The notes beneath the pieces were generated by a model. That model was not told where the DNA came from and ran no database searches. It worked only from the letters and a program-made list of their open reading frames with translations. A DNA stretch of 64,000 nt from the NCBI GenBank assembly GCA_038087875.1, contig CM075980.1, forward strand, positions 9,672,001-9,736,000, given 5' to 3'. Below are positions 23,301-38,300 of the stretch, piece by piece; position 1 is the stretch's first letter; every line of letters begins with the position of its first letter. Source of the stretch: Malacoraja senta (lineage: Eukaryota). A program made the translations under genes and the position numbers.

Positions 23301-26300
23301 ACTTGCTAAAGTTAATTGGAACAAATTGTTTGCAGGGAAATGAATAACCGGAAAGTGGGATGCTTTTAAAACTTCAAAATACAAAGAAAGACACTCAAGA
23401 TATTTCAGACTTAGCCTCAATGACTATACATTTGTCCAGCTGGGTTGCAGAGACTGATGTTTTGTTCTTTTTTTTCTTCAACAAGATAACTTGTAATGGA
23501 GGATAAACCATCTACATTCAGTTAATTCAGTATTAGTACGAGTGTTTTCTGATCCCTCATTTAGTAGCATGTTTGTATTTGCTAACAAAACCAAAACATA
23601 ATAAAATCCAGAAGACTACTCAAAGCACTTCTGAGAACATACAAATCAAATAGAAAAATAGTGCTTGGTCATATTCCAAACCCAGTAGAGATGAACTACA
23701 ACCAAATGTCAGTACATTTGGCCAGAACATACTAAACTGGGCCTGCCACACATGGCCCCTGCACACATACACTTAAATGAGCTGAAAGGAGCAGGCCAAC
23801 TCACAAACCTTCAGCTCCTTCACGTGAGGCAGTGAGGTCTGAATAGCTGCTGTGCCTCAGATGGTAGGAGTCGAGGGACCTCCCTTCTGGAATTCACTGA
23901 CAGTCATCGTCAGAAGGCAAAGCCGGGGGCGTGAGCTCCCCATGGGTTTGTGCATCATCTGTCGCTCAGTAAGGCACTGATATTATGTTGTTATGTTGGA
24001 TAGTCTGTTTAAAACAGCTGAGCATTGTTTGTTCCCATCAGGTTTATGTTGTTATTGTGCATTGATAATTTGTGCTTGAAGGACTAACTTTAGTTGCTCC
24101 CAGCTGCTGATTTCAAAACATTTTTAAATATGTTTCATTCAATCTTTTTATACAAAGAGAAACTGCCTACCAGGACAGTTGATTCCCACTGGCTACTGGA
24201 AGAGTTGTGAACCGGGCCAAGCAAATCTTTGCAAAGTTCTCTCAAACGTGGCTCAAATCCTGCAAATAGAAACAAGAGTCAGTGGAGTGATTGATTGACT
24301 GAAGATACAGGACGAAAACTGGCCCTTCAGCCCACTGTGTAAACACTGATAGTCGATCACCCGTTCACACACCTGATCTATGCTTATCCCACTTTCGCAT
24401 CCGTTCCCACACAAGCAGCAATTTACAGAGGCCAATTAACCTACAAATCCATACGATTTGGAACATGCATGTGATTCACACCATAAAATCAAAACTAGGA
24501 CCAATTCCCCACCTTCATTTACTAAATAGCGGGTGTAGATGAGAAGCCAGTGACGATATTCCTGGCTGGATTTTAGCGTCATTGCAGCTGCAACTTGATT
24601 CTCAAGATATGCCAGTGTGGTCCCTCGTTGTAAAACATGGGGCATCGAAGAGAGCCTAGCAGCTTGGCGTCCAGCACTGGAAGATGCAACAGAGATTATT
24701 CAGCAGACCAGCAATGGAAACACACAGCCATAAACTGACCTGCAGCCAATACAACGTTTAAGATGGAACTGCAGATGCTGGAAAAATCGAAAGTAGACGT
24801 AAAATGCTGGAGAAACTCAGTGGGTGAGAAAAGTAGTAGGCGACATTTCGGGTCGAGACCCTTCTTCAGACTGATGTCGGGGGGGGGGGGGGGAAGAGGC
24901 GGAGACAGTAGGCTATGTGGGAGAGCTGGGAAGGGGGAGGGGAAGGAGGGACAAAGTAAGGACTACCTGAAATTAGAGGTCAATGTTCATACTGCTGGGG
25001 TGTAAACTACCCATGCGAAATACGAGGTGTTGTTCCTCCAATTTGTGCTGGGCCTCACTCTGACAATGAAGGAGGCCCAGGACGGAAACGTCAGATAAGA
25101 ATGGAAGGAGGTGTTGAAGTGCTGGGCAACCGGGACATCAGGTTGGTTACATAGAAACAGAGAAAATAGGTGCAGGAGGCCATTCGGCCCTTTGAGCCAG
25201 CACCGCCATTCATTGTGATCATGGCTGATCGTCCCCAATCAATAACCCGTGCCTGCCTTCTCCCCATATCCATTGATTCCACTAGCCCCTAGAGCTCTAT
25301 CTAACTCTCTCTTAAATCCATCCAGTGATTTGGCCTCCACTGCCCTCTGTGGCAGGGAATTCCACAAATTCACAACTCTCTGGGTGAAAAAGTTTTTTCT
25401 CACCTCAGTCTTAAATGGCCTCCCCTTTATTCTAAGACTGTGGCCCCTGGTTCTGGACTCGCCCAACATTGGGACCATTTTTCCTGCATCTAGCTTGTCC
25501 AGTCCTTTTATAATTTTATATGTTTCTATAAGATCTCCCCTCATCCTTCTAAACTCCAGTGAATACAAGCCTAGTCTTTTCAATCTTTCCTCACATGACA
25601 GTCCCGCCATCCCAGGGATCAATCTCGTGAACCTACGCTGCACTGCCTCAATCACAAGAATGTCCTTCCTCAAATTAGGAGACCAAAACTGTGCACAATA
25701 CTCCAGATGTGGTCTTACCAGAGCCCTATACAACTGCAGAAGAACCTCTTTACTCCTATACTGAAATCCTCTTGTTATGAAGGCCAACATTCCATTAGCT
25801 TTCTTCACTGCCTGCTGTACCTGCACACCAACTTTCAGTGACTGGTGTACAAGGACACCCAGGTCTCGCTGCACCTCCCCCTTAACTAACCTAACCGCAT
25901 TGAGATAATAATCTGCCCCCTTATTTTTGCCGCCAAAGTGGATAACCTCACATTTATCTATATTATACTGCATCTGCCACGCATCTGCCCACTCACTCAA
26001 CCTGTCCAGGTCACCCTGCAACCTCCTAACATCCTCTTCACAGTTCACACTGCCACCCAGCTTTGTGTCATCCGCAAACTTGTTAGTGTTGCTACTAATT
26101 CCCTCTTCCAAATCATTAATATATATGGTAAACAGTTGTGGCCCCAACACCGAGCCTTGCGGCACTCCACTCGCCACTGCCTGCTGAAAAGGACCCGTTC
26201 ACTCCTACTCTTTGCTTCCTGTCTGCCAACCAATTTTCTATCCATGTCAACACCCTACCCCCAATACCATGTGCTCTAATTTTCGTCACCAATCTCCCGT

Positions 26301-29300
26301 GCAGGACCTTATCAAAGGCTTTCTGAAAGTCTAGATACACTACATCCACTGGCTCCCCTTCATCCATTTTACTTGTCACATCCTCAAAAAATTCCAGAAG
26401 ATTAGTCAAGCATGATTTCCTTTTCATACATCCATGTTGACTTGGACTAATCATTTTACTGCTATCCAAATGCCCCATTATTACCTCTTTAATAATTGAC
26501 TCCTGCATCTTTCCCACCACCGGTCAGGCTAACTTGTCTGTAATTCCCCGTTTTCTCTCTCGCTCCTTTCCTGAAAAGTGGGATAACATTAGCTATCCTC
26601 CAATCCACAGGAACTGATCCTGAATCTATTGAACATTGGAAAATGATCACCAATGTGTCCACTATTTCTAGAGCCACCTCCCTGAGGACCCTGGGATGCA
26701 GACCATCGGGCCCAGGGAATTTATCATCCTTCAGTCCCATTACCCTACCCAATACTATTTCTAACCTAATGAAAAAAAAATTCAGTTCCTCTACCCCCTT
26801 AGATCCTCTGTCCTCCAGTACATCTGGGAGATTGTTAGTGTCTTCCTAAGTGAAGACAGATCCGAAGTACCTGTTCAACTCTTCTGCCATTTCCTTGTTA
26901 CCCATAAAAATTTCACCTGTGTCTGCCTTCAAGGGACCCACTCTTTTTGCTACTCTTTTTCCCTTGACATATCTAAAGAAGCTTTTACTGTCCTTCCTTA
27001 TAATCCTGGCCAGCTTCCCCTCGTACTTCATCTTTTCAGCCCGTATTGCCCGTTTCAGCCCGTATTGACCGTTTTGTTTCCATCTGTTGTCCTATGAAAG
27101 TTTCCCAATCCTCTGGCTTCCGGCTACTCTTTGCTGTGTTATACATCTTTTCTTTTAGTTTTATTCTATCCCTAACTTCTCTTGTCAGCCACGGTTGCCT
27201 CCTACTCCCCTTAAAAACGTTCTTCCTGTCTGGAATGAAATGATCCTGCGACTTCCGGATTATGCCCAGAAATTCCTGCCATTGCTGTTCCATCGTCATT
27301 CCTGCTCGGATCCCTTTCCAGTCTACCTTGGCCAGCTCCTCTCTCATGCCTTCATAGTCCCCTTTGTTCAACTGCATCACTGACACTTCCTATTTAACCT
27401 TCTCCTTCTCAAATTGCAGTTTAAACTAATCATATTATGATCACTACCTCCTAGCGGTTCCTTTACCTCGAGTTCTCTTATCAAATCTGGTTCATTGGAC
27501 AACACCAAATCCAGAATTGCCTTTTCTCTGGTAGGCTCCATTACAAACTGCCCTAAGAATCCATCTCGGAAGCACTCTAAAAACTCTCTTTCTTGGGATC
27601 CTGAACCAACCTGATTTTTCCAGTCTACCTGCATATTGAAATCCCCCATCACCACAGTGGCATTACTTTTGTTATATGTCAATTTTAACTCCTGCAACTT
27701 ACACCCTACATCCGGGCTACTATTTGGGGGTCTGTTGATAACGCCAATTAGTGTCTTCCTCAACTCAATCCACAGTGACTACCTCGTCAGTCCCTATGTC
27801 TTCCCTCGCAAGGGACTGAATTTCATCCCTCACCAGCAGAGCTACCCCCGCTCCTCTGCCCACCTGCCTGTCCTTTCTATAGGATGTATAACCCTGAATA
27901 TTAAGTTCCCAGGCCCGATCCTCCTGCAGCCACGTCTCAGTAATCCTCACAATGTCATAGACCAGTTAGTCTAACATCGGTAGTGGGGAAACTGCTAGAG
28001 TCAGTTATTAAAGATGGGATAGCAACACATTTGGAAAGAGGTGAAATCATTGCACAAAGTCAGCATGGATTTATGAAAGGTAAATCATGTCTGACGAATC
28101 TTATAGAATTTTTCGAGGATGTAACTAGTAGAGTGGATAAGGGAGAACCAGTGGATGTGTTATATCTGGACTTTCGACAAGGTCCCACATAAGAGATTAG
28201 TATACAAACTTAAAGCACACGGTATTAGGGGTTCAGTATTGATGTGGATAGAGGACTGGCTGGCAGACAGGAAGCAAAGAGTAGGAGTAAACGGGTCCTT
28301 TTCAGAATGGCAGGCAGTGACTAATGGGGTACCGCAAGGCTCAGTGCTGGGACCCCAGCTATTTACAATATATATTAATGATTTGGACGAGGAAATTGAA
28401 TGCAACATCTCCAAGTTTGCAGATGACACGAAGCTGGGGGGCAGTGTTAGCTGTGAGGAGGATGCTAGAAGGCTGCAAGTTGACTTGGATAGGTTGGGTG
28501 AGTGGGCAAATGCATGGCAGATGCAGTATAATGTGGATAAATGTGAGGTTATCCACTTTGGTGGCAAAAACAGGAAAGTAGACTATTATTTGAATGGTGG
28601 CCGATTAGGAAAAGGGGAGATGCAACGAGACCTGGGTGTCATGGTACACCAGTCATTGAAAGCAGGCATGCAGGTGCAGCAGGCAGTGAAGAAAGCGAAT
28701 GGTATGTAAGCATTCATAGCAAAAGGATTTGAGTATAGGAGCAGGGAGGTTCTACTGCAGTTGTACAGGGTCTTGGTGAGACCACACCTGGAGTATTGCG
28801 TACAGTTTTGGTCTCCTAATCTGAGGAAAGACATTCTTGCCATAGAGGGAGTACAGAGAAGGTTCACCAGACTGATTCCTGGGATGTCAGGACTTTCATA
28901 TGAAGAAAGACTGGATAGACTTGGCTTGTACTCGCTAGAATTTAGAAGATTGAGGGGGTATCTTATAGAAACGTACAAAATTCTTAAGGGGTTGGACAGG
29001 CTAGATGCAGGAAGATTGTTCCCGATGTTGGGGAAGTCCAGAGCAAGGGGTCACAGTTTAAGGATAAGGGGGAAGTCTTTTAGGACCGAGATGAGAAAAA
29101 CATTTTTCACACAGAGAATGGTGAATCTCTGGAATTCTCTGCCACAGAAGGTAGTTGAGGCCAGTTCATTGGCTATATTTAAGAGGGAGTTAGATGTGGC
29201 CCTTGTGGCTAAAGGGATTAGGGGGTATGGAGAGAAGGCAGGCACGGGATACTGAGTTGGATGATCAGCCATAATCATATTGAATGGCGGTGCAGGCTCG

Positions 29301-32300
29301 AAGGGCCGAATGGCCTACTCCTGCACCTATTTTCTATGTTTCTATATCTACCAAACTCTAACTGAGCCTTAAAGCTCATCTACTTTACGTCTTATACTTC
29401 GCGCATTCATATACAATACTTTTAATTCCTTACGTATCTCACCTTTAACATCGATCCCTATTACACTTGGCCATACTCTCCTATCCCTTTGTGAGCTTTC
29501 TTTCCCGTTAATTCTGGGGTCATTAACTATCCATTTACTCTCTTTCCCCTTAACTCCATCCTTGACTATCCCATTTGATACTCCCCCCTTATTTAGGGAA
29601 ACCTGCCTGCCAGAATGCTGGTCCCCTACCTGTTAAGGTGCAATCCGTCCCTTTTGTACAGTTCCCCCTTACTCCAAAACAGATCCCAGTGGTCTAAGAA
29701 TCTAAATCCCTGCCCCCTGCACCAGTTTCTCAGCCACACATTCAGGTTAGTACGGACTGAGCGGAGGTGTTGGGCGAAGCAGTCGGCGACAATTTTTTTT
29801 CACATAATATCACAAAGAATTTACTCCACAGAAACTGACCATTCAACCCAACCCGTCTAGGTTGGTGTTTATGCAAGCTTCCCCCACCCCACCCTAACAC
29901 ATCAGCATATTTTTTTAATAGTCTAAATTTCTCATAATAAGCCACTGTTATACGCATCAATGACTCCAGTGGCAGCAAGTTTCACATTCCCATTATATGC
30001 TGAATAAAGTGCTCAGAACTGGGCAGACTGCAGCTGCCTTTTCATCCATAACCAGCAAGAACACTCAATGTAAATGCATCATGAACATTTTTAGATGGAT
30101 ACAAAATAACAACTCTGCACTATCTATGTAATGTTCTTTGCTATCGTATTGCACAACTTGCTGATGTGCCTGATCCCTTTGTAAACTGAGATAAACTGTG
30201 GGATTTGGAACAGTCATATATATCAAACAGTGAAAGCATTTCCAATCAATGGAGTGAACATGAGGAATGTTACAGAAATCATATGGCAGAAATGTTTTAA
30301 GATCAACAACCCCTGAAAATCTAATGCCTAATTCAAACCATGAAGAATGTGCCTTTATCAGTGGATAGATCGGCAACACTATTACTTACTTTATTCCACA
30401 TCCCTGCACTGTAGCTAAGGGTCCAGAACACAACATGGCCTCCTGGGAAGTTAAACAGCTGCGATAATCTGCACACTGAACCAACGAATCTTGCTTATCC
30501 GAGATCAAATTCCTGGAAAATAAAGAAACCGTGAGGTAAAAGCCCTGAACAGGTTGACACAAATCAATTTTACTGGACTACCCGCATATCCCTCTCTGGT
30601 GTCAGATCATTATATAGTCATAGAGTCTTACAGCATGGAAACAGGCCCTTCAGCCCAATTTGCCCACACCGGCCAACACGTCCCATCTAGATTAATCCCA
30701 CCTGCCTGCATTTGGCCCGCATCCCTCTAAACCTGTGCTCTAAACACACCAAGTGTTTCTTGAATGCTGCGATGGTACCAGTCTCAACTGTCTCCTCCGG
30801 CAGCTCATTCCATATACCTACCACCATTTGCGTGAAAAGGTTATCCATCAGGTTCCTATTAAATCTATGCCCCCTCACACTAAAGCTAAGTCCTCTGGTT
30901 CTCAATTCCCACTCTGGGCAAGAGACTGTGTCTACCCGATCTACTTCTCTCATATTTACAAACGTTTGTGGAAAGTCACTTGCAGGTGTCAGACTATTAG
31001 TGATTACAGAGATTACCGGATAGGTGTCTGTCTATCATCTGAAAACTATGGTCATCTTATTCTTTCGTGATAATAAAGTGGGGCTGTAAAAGTTACTGGG
31101 CTACGTGTGTCACTGCCCCAATACATATATCCCCAAATGGGTTATAGCGTCAGGATACAAGAATGTCTTGAAAGCTTATCAAAGAGAAAGGGTGTTGGGA
31201 AGTTTATTGCATCCTGTAGGGCTTAGTACTGGACTACGTGGTGTTTTCTGGGAAGGGAGAATGGGAGCTGTACAGGAATTTCCATGACTTTATTTCTGAT
31301 TAAGCAGAGTCCGATTCATCTGCTATTTCTGTTTTTGTGATGCTTGGTAGTGATACAGTGACATAAATAATAACTAAGTTTGGACAGAACACACACTTAA
31401 AGATACTGGGAAATGAGTGCCAAATTATATGAAGAATAATCTGTTCCCTTAACCTTCACTGATCAGATATATGGGCTAGCTCCATTTCAGGTTTATACTG
31501 GCTAACATTTCACAATGGTTACTAGATTTTACTGCAAGTTTGTTTTAACAAATTCTTCCCTCTGTACTTTTGACAAAATATAACTATTACATTTGGATGC
31601 TCCAATTACGACATTGGTCACAGTGGAAAAAAACAACCAGAGCTATTCTCAAATGTTAATAATTTATAACTGCCAAATCGCTTAATCATAACAGATATCA
31701 AAGAAAAAGGCATAGTTCAATATATTTGCATGATATAATTCAACAGGGTTCCAAAGCGGATAATTTTGTAAGAAGCTGTGGTGTGGATGTGCACCTGCGC
31801 AGCCTGGGATTCATGCAACCCCAGCTAATGCTGGTCCTTCCCCTGTGGGTGTCCAATGCACAGAAACATATCTGAATGGGCGGTTTATTATCTTTACAAA
31901 CAGCACCAGTGTGCTGCCCACAAAATAGATTGTTTATACCAAGGGGAAATCCCAAGCACACAAAATATCTACATCTGATTAAAAACACACCCCAGAGCAC
32001 TATTTATGAACTGTACAACTACTGAGTTTGATCTATTTGAAAGTACAAGCAATTCCCCAGTTAGTCAAATCAGTTAACTGGCATTAGTTACATATTTTTA
32101 GGTTTGTTCATCTTCAGACCCACAAGAAAGCTGCCTTTAGAGGTGAGCAATGCAAGTAAGAAAAGAATGTTTCAAAAAGCTTTAAGTAAAACTTATTCCA
32201 AGCATTTTGAGACCATGCACAAAGTTATATTTTGTGCTTGAGAGAATTACACAATAAAGAGCTGCAGTGCAAAGCATTCTGACAAAGAAAGCTTGCATTG

Positions 32301-35300
32301 ATGCCAAAGGACAGGAGCTTTCTGATGAATCGACAAGGACCAGTCTGTCCATCAAGGTTTCAGAGACTCTCAGAGACAGATTGCATCGACCAGCTTGGAC
32401 TCTCCAAATCCAAACCAAAATTTAAAGAGAAGCAAATATATATTTGGAAAGAAAGAATAGCATTGCTAAGAGCAATGGAGTGAAATTAAGTGTTTAGTTC
32501 CCGGTCAGAATCACCACAACCATGATGGCCATGATCACTGCAGCAATGACCTTCTCATGGATGACTAGATTCAAAGATGATGAGTCCCAACATCAATCCT
32601 TCATCATCTCCCACCCTAAAACAACTTCTGCAAGTTAGAGTGCAACTTTCTCTGTTCAGTAACTCATATCAAGAAATGCTGCATTCACAATCTTAAGCAT
32701 ACAGAGTGCAATATTTCATTCACAGAATAATAATGGAACTGTTACCCAGATATAACTTGTCAGCGCTGTGCATTTAATGGCATCCTCGTCATTCCTAATT
32801 ACTAATCTGATGATTGTTGAAATTACTGTACAGCAAGGAAGTATTGATTCAGCACATCACACTAGCTATCTCCAAAGAATGACTGCTTTCCACACTAATC
32901 TCATTTCCTGCTATTTCCCAACAAATCTTGAGATTTAATCCTTTCACCGTTTACCTCATTCCCAAGTGCTCAGATTGATATGACCTTAATTGCTCTTTGT
33001 GGTAATAACTCCATCTTCTAATAACCTTTTATTGTACATTTTTCCAACATCTCGCCTTCATATTTTGGCACTGATCCTCAAGTTATGCCTCTTTGCTAGC
33101 AATGAACATCCACACAAACAAGTTGATGCATAATTAATCCTCTCCTCTCTGCTGTGTGTAGTACAAAGTCTTGTAAGCCTTAGACTCCTATTATCCAGGA
33201 AACGCAGCACTGTACCTCCTCCATTATCTCATTTTCTTTCATGATAGTGGCCAACACCTGGTTAAACCTTTCAAAGAAGGTGCCATTTAACAATTCACTT
33301 TGCTTGCTAGCCACAATATGTCTAGAACCAAATGGTATTGCATCAAGCTACTGGGCGGCACAGGGATAGAATTGCTGCCTTACAGTGCCAAAGGCTAAGG
33401 TTCGACCCTGACTACGGGTACTGTCTGTATGAAGTTTGTACGTTCTCCCTGTGACCGTGTGGGTTTTCTCCAGGTGCTCTGGTTTGTAGGTAATTGGCTT
33501 CAGTATAATTCCCCCCAGTGTGTAGGATACGAAACTCGATAACATTGAACCAGTGTACAGGTGATTATCAGCAGTACTCAGTGGGCCGAAGGGCTTGTTT
33601 CCACAATGTGTTGCAGTAAACTAAACTAAATGTAATGAGGAAGGCTTAGTGAGCGATCTTGTTGTGCAGAGCCCCTTGGGAAACAGTGACCATAATATGG
33701 TTGAATTCTGCAGTAGGATGGAAAGTGACACAGTTAAGTCAGAGACTAGGGTCATGAACTTAAAGAAAGGAGACTTAAGGTATGAGACGGGAATTGGCTA
33801 GGATGGACTGGCAAATTGTTGACGGTGAAGATGGAATAGACATTTGTCTATAGTCTGAAAAATGAGTAAAGATAGTACTTAAGTGTGAATATCTGGAGCT
33901 AACAAATGGCACAAATATAGGTTTCAAGGTATTAGAAGAAAAAGGAAAGGCCAGCAATGTGTTAAGGAAACAAGATTAGATGATGAACGGAGAGGTTGTG
34001 TAATGCCCAGCACACCCGAGTCATCAGGAAAGGAAGGGGGACACTATCAGACTTCAAGATGAAAAACAAGTTGACTTCAATCTTTCTAAGGATACATACT
34101 TGTTCTGTTCACCTCATACCGTCAATCGCTTATGACTGAAATGAGAAACACATTCAGTCAGAGAGTTTGGAACTTTGGAATTCATGAATTTGGGGACATT
34201 AATTGGAGCAATGTATTAGCTCAAGTATTGAATCATGTGTTAGCTATAAAGGCATACTTGGATTGTTTTCTCTCGAGCATCAGCGGCTGAGAGAAAACCT
34301 GATGCAAGTATATAAAATTATTAGAGGCATTGATAGGGTGGATCGACAGAAACTTTTTTCCCCCAAGGGTGGAAATGTCAAAGCCTAGAGCACATAGCTT
34401 TACAGTGAGAGGGGCAAAGTTTAAAAGAATTGCAGGGAGCAAGTTTTTTTTAATACTGAGATTGGTAGGTGCCTGGAATGTATTGCCAAGGGTGTTTGTG
34501 GAGGCAGATGTGATGGTGGAGTTTAAGAGGCTTTCAGATAGGCACATAGATATGCAGGGAATGGAGGGATATGGATCACCTGCAGATAGAGGAAATTCAT
34601 TTAAATTGGCATCATGTTGATATTGCAGGTCAAATGGTCTGTTCCTGTGTTGTACTGTTCTATGTTCTGAGAGGAGGATGGATTGCAGTTGGGGCAAACC
34701 ACAATGTTCACGCCAAAGTCATGAATGATGGTGGCAAGAAATAGCATTTATGCTTATGTTGACGCCATTCAACATGAGTAGAATGGAAAACCTTGCCACG
34801 CCCATATGAGGTTGGAACCATTGCAGATGCAATGTTGTGTTGGCGTATTGGAAAGGTGATTAAAGGTCACTATGGAAAAGTTTTACACAAGAGAAAAGTA
34901 TAGAATTTATTCCTTTATTGACATAAAACACATGCCAAAGCTGCTCTCTCCTGTCCTGCAATGATCATATGTTCTAATTAAAAACAAGTTTTCCCTTTTT
35001 TTTTTAAACTGTTTTAGACAAGGCTCTATTCAACCAATAAAACTTTAATTTCTTACCATGTGCAAAGGGATGTATTGAAGCAGTATGACTTGCCATTGGA
35101 CAAAGTGACCACCGGAACGCCATGATGTGTAAGCAGCGATTGGGTTATAGTGGTATCATTACCTGTGAACAAAATGCAAGAGTATCTTAAAGCTTAGCCC
35201 ACAGATGACTTCATGTTATTCAGCTTACAGTGTCAGGGACTGCACCATATTCCTTAACATATAACACAGGGGCAACTCTTTCAAGGGTCTGGGAAAATAA

Positions 35301-38300
35301 TGTCTTCTGCAACATGACATCCGAGAAAAGGATTACGATGGACCCTTAAATCCAGATGGACAAAGCTCAATGTGGCACCTTCGTCTGGGTTTACAGTTTA
35401 TTCTGTAATGCAGCCACCTGATAAATTATTCATTGCAATGGACTGTGTAATACAGCATTTTGTGTCAAACATTACACGGCAATTAATAATTTTGCACTGT
35501 AACAACGATGGTTTTAAATGGAACCCAGTATACAGACACTCCCCTACTAACGCCAGGGTTGCGTAGTCAGATGTTACACTAGTCAATAGACAATAGGTGC
35601 AGGAGTAGGCCATTCGGCCCTTCAAGCCAGCACCGCCATTCAATGTCATCATGGCTGATCATCCCCAATCAGTTCCCCGTTCCTGCCTTCGCCCCATATC
35701 CCCTGACTCCGCTATTTTTAAGAGCCCTATCTAGCTCTCTCTTGAAAGCATCCAGAGAACCGGCCTCCACCGCCATCTGAGGCAGAGAATTCCACAGTCG
35801 GAAACTGAAGTAATACTACGCATGGATCATTCAGTATTTATACAGTGTGGTATCAGTGGGAGCATCCATGAGTTCAGCTGACTGGCTTGCGAAAATGGCT
35901 GCATGTGCAGTGGAGCACTGCTACTGAGAGTGCCAAGATGTGCGCTCGGAAATAAAGCGGTGGGCTTAAAGATTTGCTTTCACAAGTGTGAGTTTACTTA
36001 AGGCGCCTACTGCTTACAGTGCCCTCCATAATGTTTGGGACAAAGACTCGTCATTTATTTATTTGCCTTTGTACTCCAATTTGAGATTTGTAATAGAAAA
36101 AATATGTGGTTAAAGTGCACATTGTCAGATTTTATTAAATGCCATTTTTATCCATTTTGGTTTCACCATGTATAAATTACAGCTGTGTTTATACAGAGTC
36201 CCCCCATTTCAGGGCACCATAATGTTTGGGACAAATGGCCTCACAGGCGTTTGTAATTGCTCAGGTGTGTTTAATTGCCTCCTTAAATGCAGGTATAAGA
36301 GCTCTCAGCACCTAGTCTTTCCTCCAGTCTTTCCATCACCTTTGGAAACTTTTATTGCTGTTTATCAACATGAAACATAGAACCATAGAAAATAGGTGCA
36401 GGAGGAGGCCATTCGGCCCTTCGAGCCAGCGATCAGGGCTGATCGTTCCCTATCAATAACCCGTGCCTGCCTTCTCCACATATCCCTTGACTCCACTAGC
36501 CCCTAGAACTCTATCTAACTCTATCTTAAATCCATCCAGTAATTTGTCCTCCACTGCCCTCTGTGGCAGATAATTCCATAAATTCACAACTCTCTGGGTG
36601 AAAAAGTTTCTCACCTCAGTCTTAAATGACCTCCCCTTTATTCTAAGACTGTGGCCCCTGGTTCTGGACTCGCCCAACATTGCGAACATTTTTCCTGCAT
36701 CTAGCTTGTCCAGTCCTTTTATAATTTTATATGTTTCTATAAGATCCCCCCTCATCCTTCTAAACTCCAGTGAATACAAGCCTAGTCTTTTCAATCTTTC
36801 CTCATATGACAGTCCCGCCATCCCAGGGATCAATCTCATGAACCTATGCTGCACTACCTTAATCACAAGGATGTCCTTCCTCAAATTAGGAGACCAAAAC
36901 TGTACACAATACTCCAGATGTGGTCTCATCAGAGCCCTATACAACTGCAGAAGAACCTCTTTACTCCTATACTAAAATCCTCTTGTTATGAAGGCCAACA
37001 TTCCATTAGCTTTCTTCACTGCCTGCTGTACCTGCACGCCAACTTTGAGTGACCGGTGTACAAGGACACCCAGGTCTCGCTGTACCTCCCCCTTACCTAA
37101 CCTAACCCCATTGAGATAATAATCTGCCCCCTTGTTTTTGCCGCCAAAGTGGATAACCTCACACTTATCTATATTATACTGCATCTGCCACGCATCTGCC
37201 CACTCACTCAACCTGTCCAGGTCACCCTGCAAACTCCTAACATCCTCTTCACAGTTCACACTGCCACCCAGCTTTGTGTCATCCGCAAACTTGCTAGTGT
37301 TGCTCCTAATTCCTTCTTCCAAATCATTAATATATATGGTAAACAGTTGCAGCCCCAACACCGAGCCTTGCGGCACTCCACTCGCCACTGCCTGCCATTC
37401 TGAAAAGGACCCATTCACTCCTACTCTTTGCTTCCGGTCTGCCAACCAATTTTCTATCCATGTCAACACCCCACCCCCAATACCATGTGCTCTAATTTTA
37501 GTCACCAGTCTCCCGTGCGGGACCTTATCAAAGGCTTTCTGAAAGTCTAGATGCACTACATCCACTGGCACCCCTTCATCCATTTTACTTGTCACATCCT
37601 CAAAAAATTCCAGAAGATTAGTCAAGCATGATTTCCCTTTCATAAATCCATGTTGACTTGGACTAATCATTTTACCGCTATGCAAATTCCCCATTATTAC
37701 CTCTTTAATAATTGACTCCAGCATCTTTCCCACCACCGAAGTCAGGCTAACTGGTCTGTAATCCCCCGTTTTCTCTCTTGCCCCTTTCTTGAAAAGTGGG
37801 ATAACATTAGCTATCCTCCAATCCACAGGAACTGATCCTGAATCTATTGAACATTGGAAAATAATCACCAATGCATCCACTATTTCTAGAGCCACCTCCC
37901 TGAGGACCCTGGGATGCAGACCATCAGGCACAGGGGATTTATCATCTTTCAGTCCCATTAGCCTACCCAATACTATTTCTCGCCTAATGAATATTTCTTT
38001 CAGTTCCTCTACCCCCTTAGATCCTCAGTCCTCCAGTACATCTGGGAGATTGTTTGTCTTCCCTAGTGAAGACAGATCGGAAGTACCTATTCAACTCTTC
38101 TGCCATTTCCTTGTTGCCCATAATAATTTCACCCGTGTCTGCCTTCAAGGGACCCACATTTGACTTTGCTACTCTTTTTCCCTTAACATATCTAAAGAAT
38201 CTTTTACTGTCCTTCTTTATATTCCTGGCCAGCTTCCCCTCATACTTCATCTTTTCAGCCCGTATTGCCCGTTTTGTTTCCTTCTGGTGTCCTATGAAAG

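Noticed and set aside
25249-26279. Recurring ORFs such as MPAFSPYPLIPL..., MPPKWITSHLS..., MDNLTFI... (also near 2588, 28160, 37132, 53573, 58746)
   Set aside because: They are the antisense frames of CR1 RT copies, not host genes.
32182-32483. ORFs and a CTGATGA motif in a hira intron (nested gene, snoRNA or hammerhead)
   Set aside because: No recognisable protein, no GAAA box or pairing helices, no terminal stem for a C/D snoRNA.
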